From Malacoraja senta (Eukaryota), in assembly GCA_038087875.1 (NCBI GenBank), contig CM075996.1:4652001-4716000 (forward strand): DNA of 64,000 nt, read 5' to 3'. The translations under genes and the position numbers were made by a program. Numbering within the stretch: position 1 is the stretch's first letter; every line of letters begins with the position of its first letter. Below the pieces are notes generated by a model. It was not told where the DNA came from, ran no database searches, and saw nothing but the letters and a program-made list of their open reading frames with translations. Below are positions 62,081 to 64,000 of the stretch, one piece after another.

Positions 62081-62364
62081 CATTCCAAAGAATGCTTCTT
62101 CACATTCCAAAGAATGCTTCTTCACATTCCAAAGAATGCTTCTTCACATTCCAAAGAATGCTTCTTCACATTCCAAAGAATGCTTCTTCACATTCCAAAG
62201 AATGCTTCTTCACATTCCAAAGAATGCTTCTTCACATTCCAAAGAATGCTTCTTCACATTCCAAAGAATGCTTCTTCACATTCCAAAGAATGCTTCTTCA
62301 CATTCCAAAGAATGCTTCGTCACATTCCAAAGAATGCTTCTTCACATTCCAAAGAATGCTTCTT
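62081..62364. repeat. 22-bp minisatellite, about 12.9 copies
   Basis: Unit cattccaaagaatgcttcttca, head to tail, with a single variant base near 62319. Confidence 0.97.
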
Positions 62365-62474
62365 GTTACAATGCGTGTGGTAATTGATAAGCTGAAGCTT
62401 TGCAGTGAAGAAACACTTGTATGAAAAACCTTAGGGACAGATTGGCCTATATCTGTGCTGTAGATTAGGCACTG

Positions 62475-63066
62475 TCAAGTCAAGTCTATTCGTCTTATAC
62501 ACATACGTGATGTGCAGTGAAATGAAAAGTGGCAATGCTCGCGGATTGTGCAAAAAAAACTACAAACAGAATGGAACAGAATCACAAATTCACATATTAC
62601 ATATTTGTGGGAGGGGAAAAAAAAGAAAAAACAGCAATTGAAAAAAGACACCACACAACAGTAGAATGGTTCAGTAAAGTTAGTCCCTGGTGAGATAGGA
62701 GTTTACAGTCCTAATGGCCTCTGGGAAGAAACTCCTCATCCTCTCCGTTCTCACAGCATGGCAACGGGGGCGTTTGCCTGACCGTAGCAGCTGGAACAGT
62801 CCGTTGCTGGGGTGGAAGGGGTCCCCCATGATCTTGTTGTCACTGGATCTGCACCTTCTGATGTATAGTTCCTGCGGGGGGGTGGGGGGGCGAGTGTAGT
62901 TCCCATAGTGCGTTCGGCCGAATGCCCTACTCTCTGCAGAGCCTTCTTGTCCTGGGCAGAGCAGTTCCCAAACCAAATCGTGATGTTTCCGGACAAGATG
63001 CTTTCCACAGCCGCTGAGTAGAAGCACTGGAGGATCCTCAGAGAAACTCTGAATTTCCTCAATTGC
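62475..63066 (-). mobile_element. Rex1/Babar LINE 3' fragment
   Basis: RKFRVSLRILQCFYSAAVESILSGNITIWFGNCSAQDKKALQRV and RTERMRSFFPEAIR peptides; (ttgac)n tail. Confidence 0.85.
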
Positions 63067-63127
63067 AGTAGGAACAGCGGTGATATGATGGTCCTCAGGG
63101 ACCCTAAACAACACCAACACCAGACAT

Positions 63128-63775
63128 GGACACAAATTGCTGGAGTAACTCAGGCGGCATCTCTGGAGAGAAGGAATGGGTGACGTTTCGGGTCGAGACC
63201 CTTCTTCAGACTGAGAGTTAGGGGAGAGGGACACTAGAGATAGGACGACAGGTGGCGCAATGGGCTAAGTGTTCGGCTGGCAACCGGAAGGTAGCCGGTT
63301 CGAATCCCGCTTGGAGTGCATACTGTCGTTGTGTCCTTGGGCAAGACACTTCACCCACCTTTGCCTGCGTGTGAATGTGTGTGAATGTGTGTGAGTGATT
63401 GGTGGTGGTCGGAGGGGCCGTAGGCGCAGATTAGCAGCCACGCTTCCGTCAGTCTGCCCCAGGGCAGCTGTGGCTACAGAAGTAGCTCACCACCACCGAG
63501 TGTGACTGAGGAGTGAATGAATAATGCGATGTAAAGCGCCTTGAGTATTAGAAAGGCGCTATATAAATCCCATCCATTATTATTATTATTAAGGTAGACA
63601 CAAAAAGCTGGCGTAACTCAGCGGGACAGCATCTCTGGAGAGAAGGGATGACTGAAGAAGGGTCTCGACCCGAAACGCCACACATTCCTTCTCTCCAGAG
63701 ATGCTGCCCGTCCCGCTGAGTTACTCCAGCATTTTCTGTCTATCTTCGGTGTAAAACTGCAGTTCCTTCCTACGC
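63128..63775. mobile_element. Penelope-tail fragments in both orientations, flanking a SINE
   Basis: Minus tail at 63128-63240; inverted-arm copy at 63591-63772 with ctgaagaagggtctcgacccgaaac. Confidence 0.8.
63245..63590 (+). mobile_element. tRNA-derived SINE with a CORE-like domain and L2-type tail
   Basis: A box tggcgcaatgg, B box ggttcgaatccc, tgtgtccttgggcaagacactt, tail tgtaaagcgccttgagtattagaaaggcgctatataaat and (att)n. Confidence 0.85.
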
Positions 63776-64000
63776 ACAACGCCAGCACAGTTTGTTCTCT
63801 CTGAGAAACATCCTGAGACAGAAGCCAAAACCCTTTTATGTTTACACACTAGACCACGGATTGAAACCCCAATGGAATTGTTGATGGAGTCCATTGACCC
63901 ACCGGCCTGCTCTGGTCCAGAGAAAAAAAAACATTTGAAGTAGACTACATCATCTTGTTGGAACTGACAGTGCCGTGGGAGGACCGTCTGGAGGAGGCCC

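Noticed and set aside
62000..62424. CRISPR-like array or repetitive protein ORFs (FQRMLLHIPKNASSHSKECFFT)n
   Set aside because: The units are contiguous with no spacers and no cas genes are present. The ORFs arise only because the 22-bp unit has no stop codon on the + strand.
63250..63315. tRNA gene
   Set aside because: A and B boxes are present but run straight into a SINE body and L2-type tail, so this is a SINE head.
60061..64000. Second GALR coding exon
   Set aside because: No phase-2 exon starting with a Y-L-A-I-like peptide or encoding TM4-TM7 was found. It presumably lies beyond the window.
1..64000. Novel prokaryote-type defence or RT system
   Set aside because: The DNA is intron-rich vertebrate sequence, and all RT-related sequence is explained by known retroelement classes.

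Overview
Eukaryotic, repeat-rich vertebrate DNA. The mix of V-SINE/HE1-like SINEs, CR1 LINEs and Penelope tails suggests a cartilaginous fish, probably a skate or ray (inference). Two host genes lie on the + strand. (1) MEI1: the 3' 19 coding exons (1228-39312) splice by hand into one uninterrupted 798-codon frame with all intron phases compatible. The last intron has U12 (minor spliceosome) signals. (2) A GALR2/GALR3-family galanin/spexin receptor, most like GALR3: first coding exon at 59714-60060, second exon outside the window. The rest is transposon-derived: one 5'-truncated but open Penelope-like element (RT + GIY-YIG), many short Penelope-tail copies with a minimal hammerhead-like motif, CR1, Rex/Babar, RTE, HERO-like and Vingi-like LINE fragments, SINEs, and PIF/Harbinger and Tigger MITEs. 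The most unusual signal is the Penelope-tail mini-insertions. They form palindromes, carry 14-19 bp target-site duplications (TSDs), and in one case include an inverted copy of host DNA from about 0.9 kb away. No prokaryotic system or CRISPR array is present. All family assignments come from recalled sequence patterns, not database searches, and repeat boundaries are approximate unless a TSD or terminal inverted repeat (TIR) is quoted.
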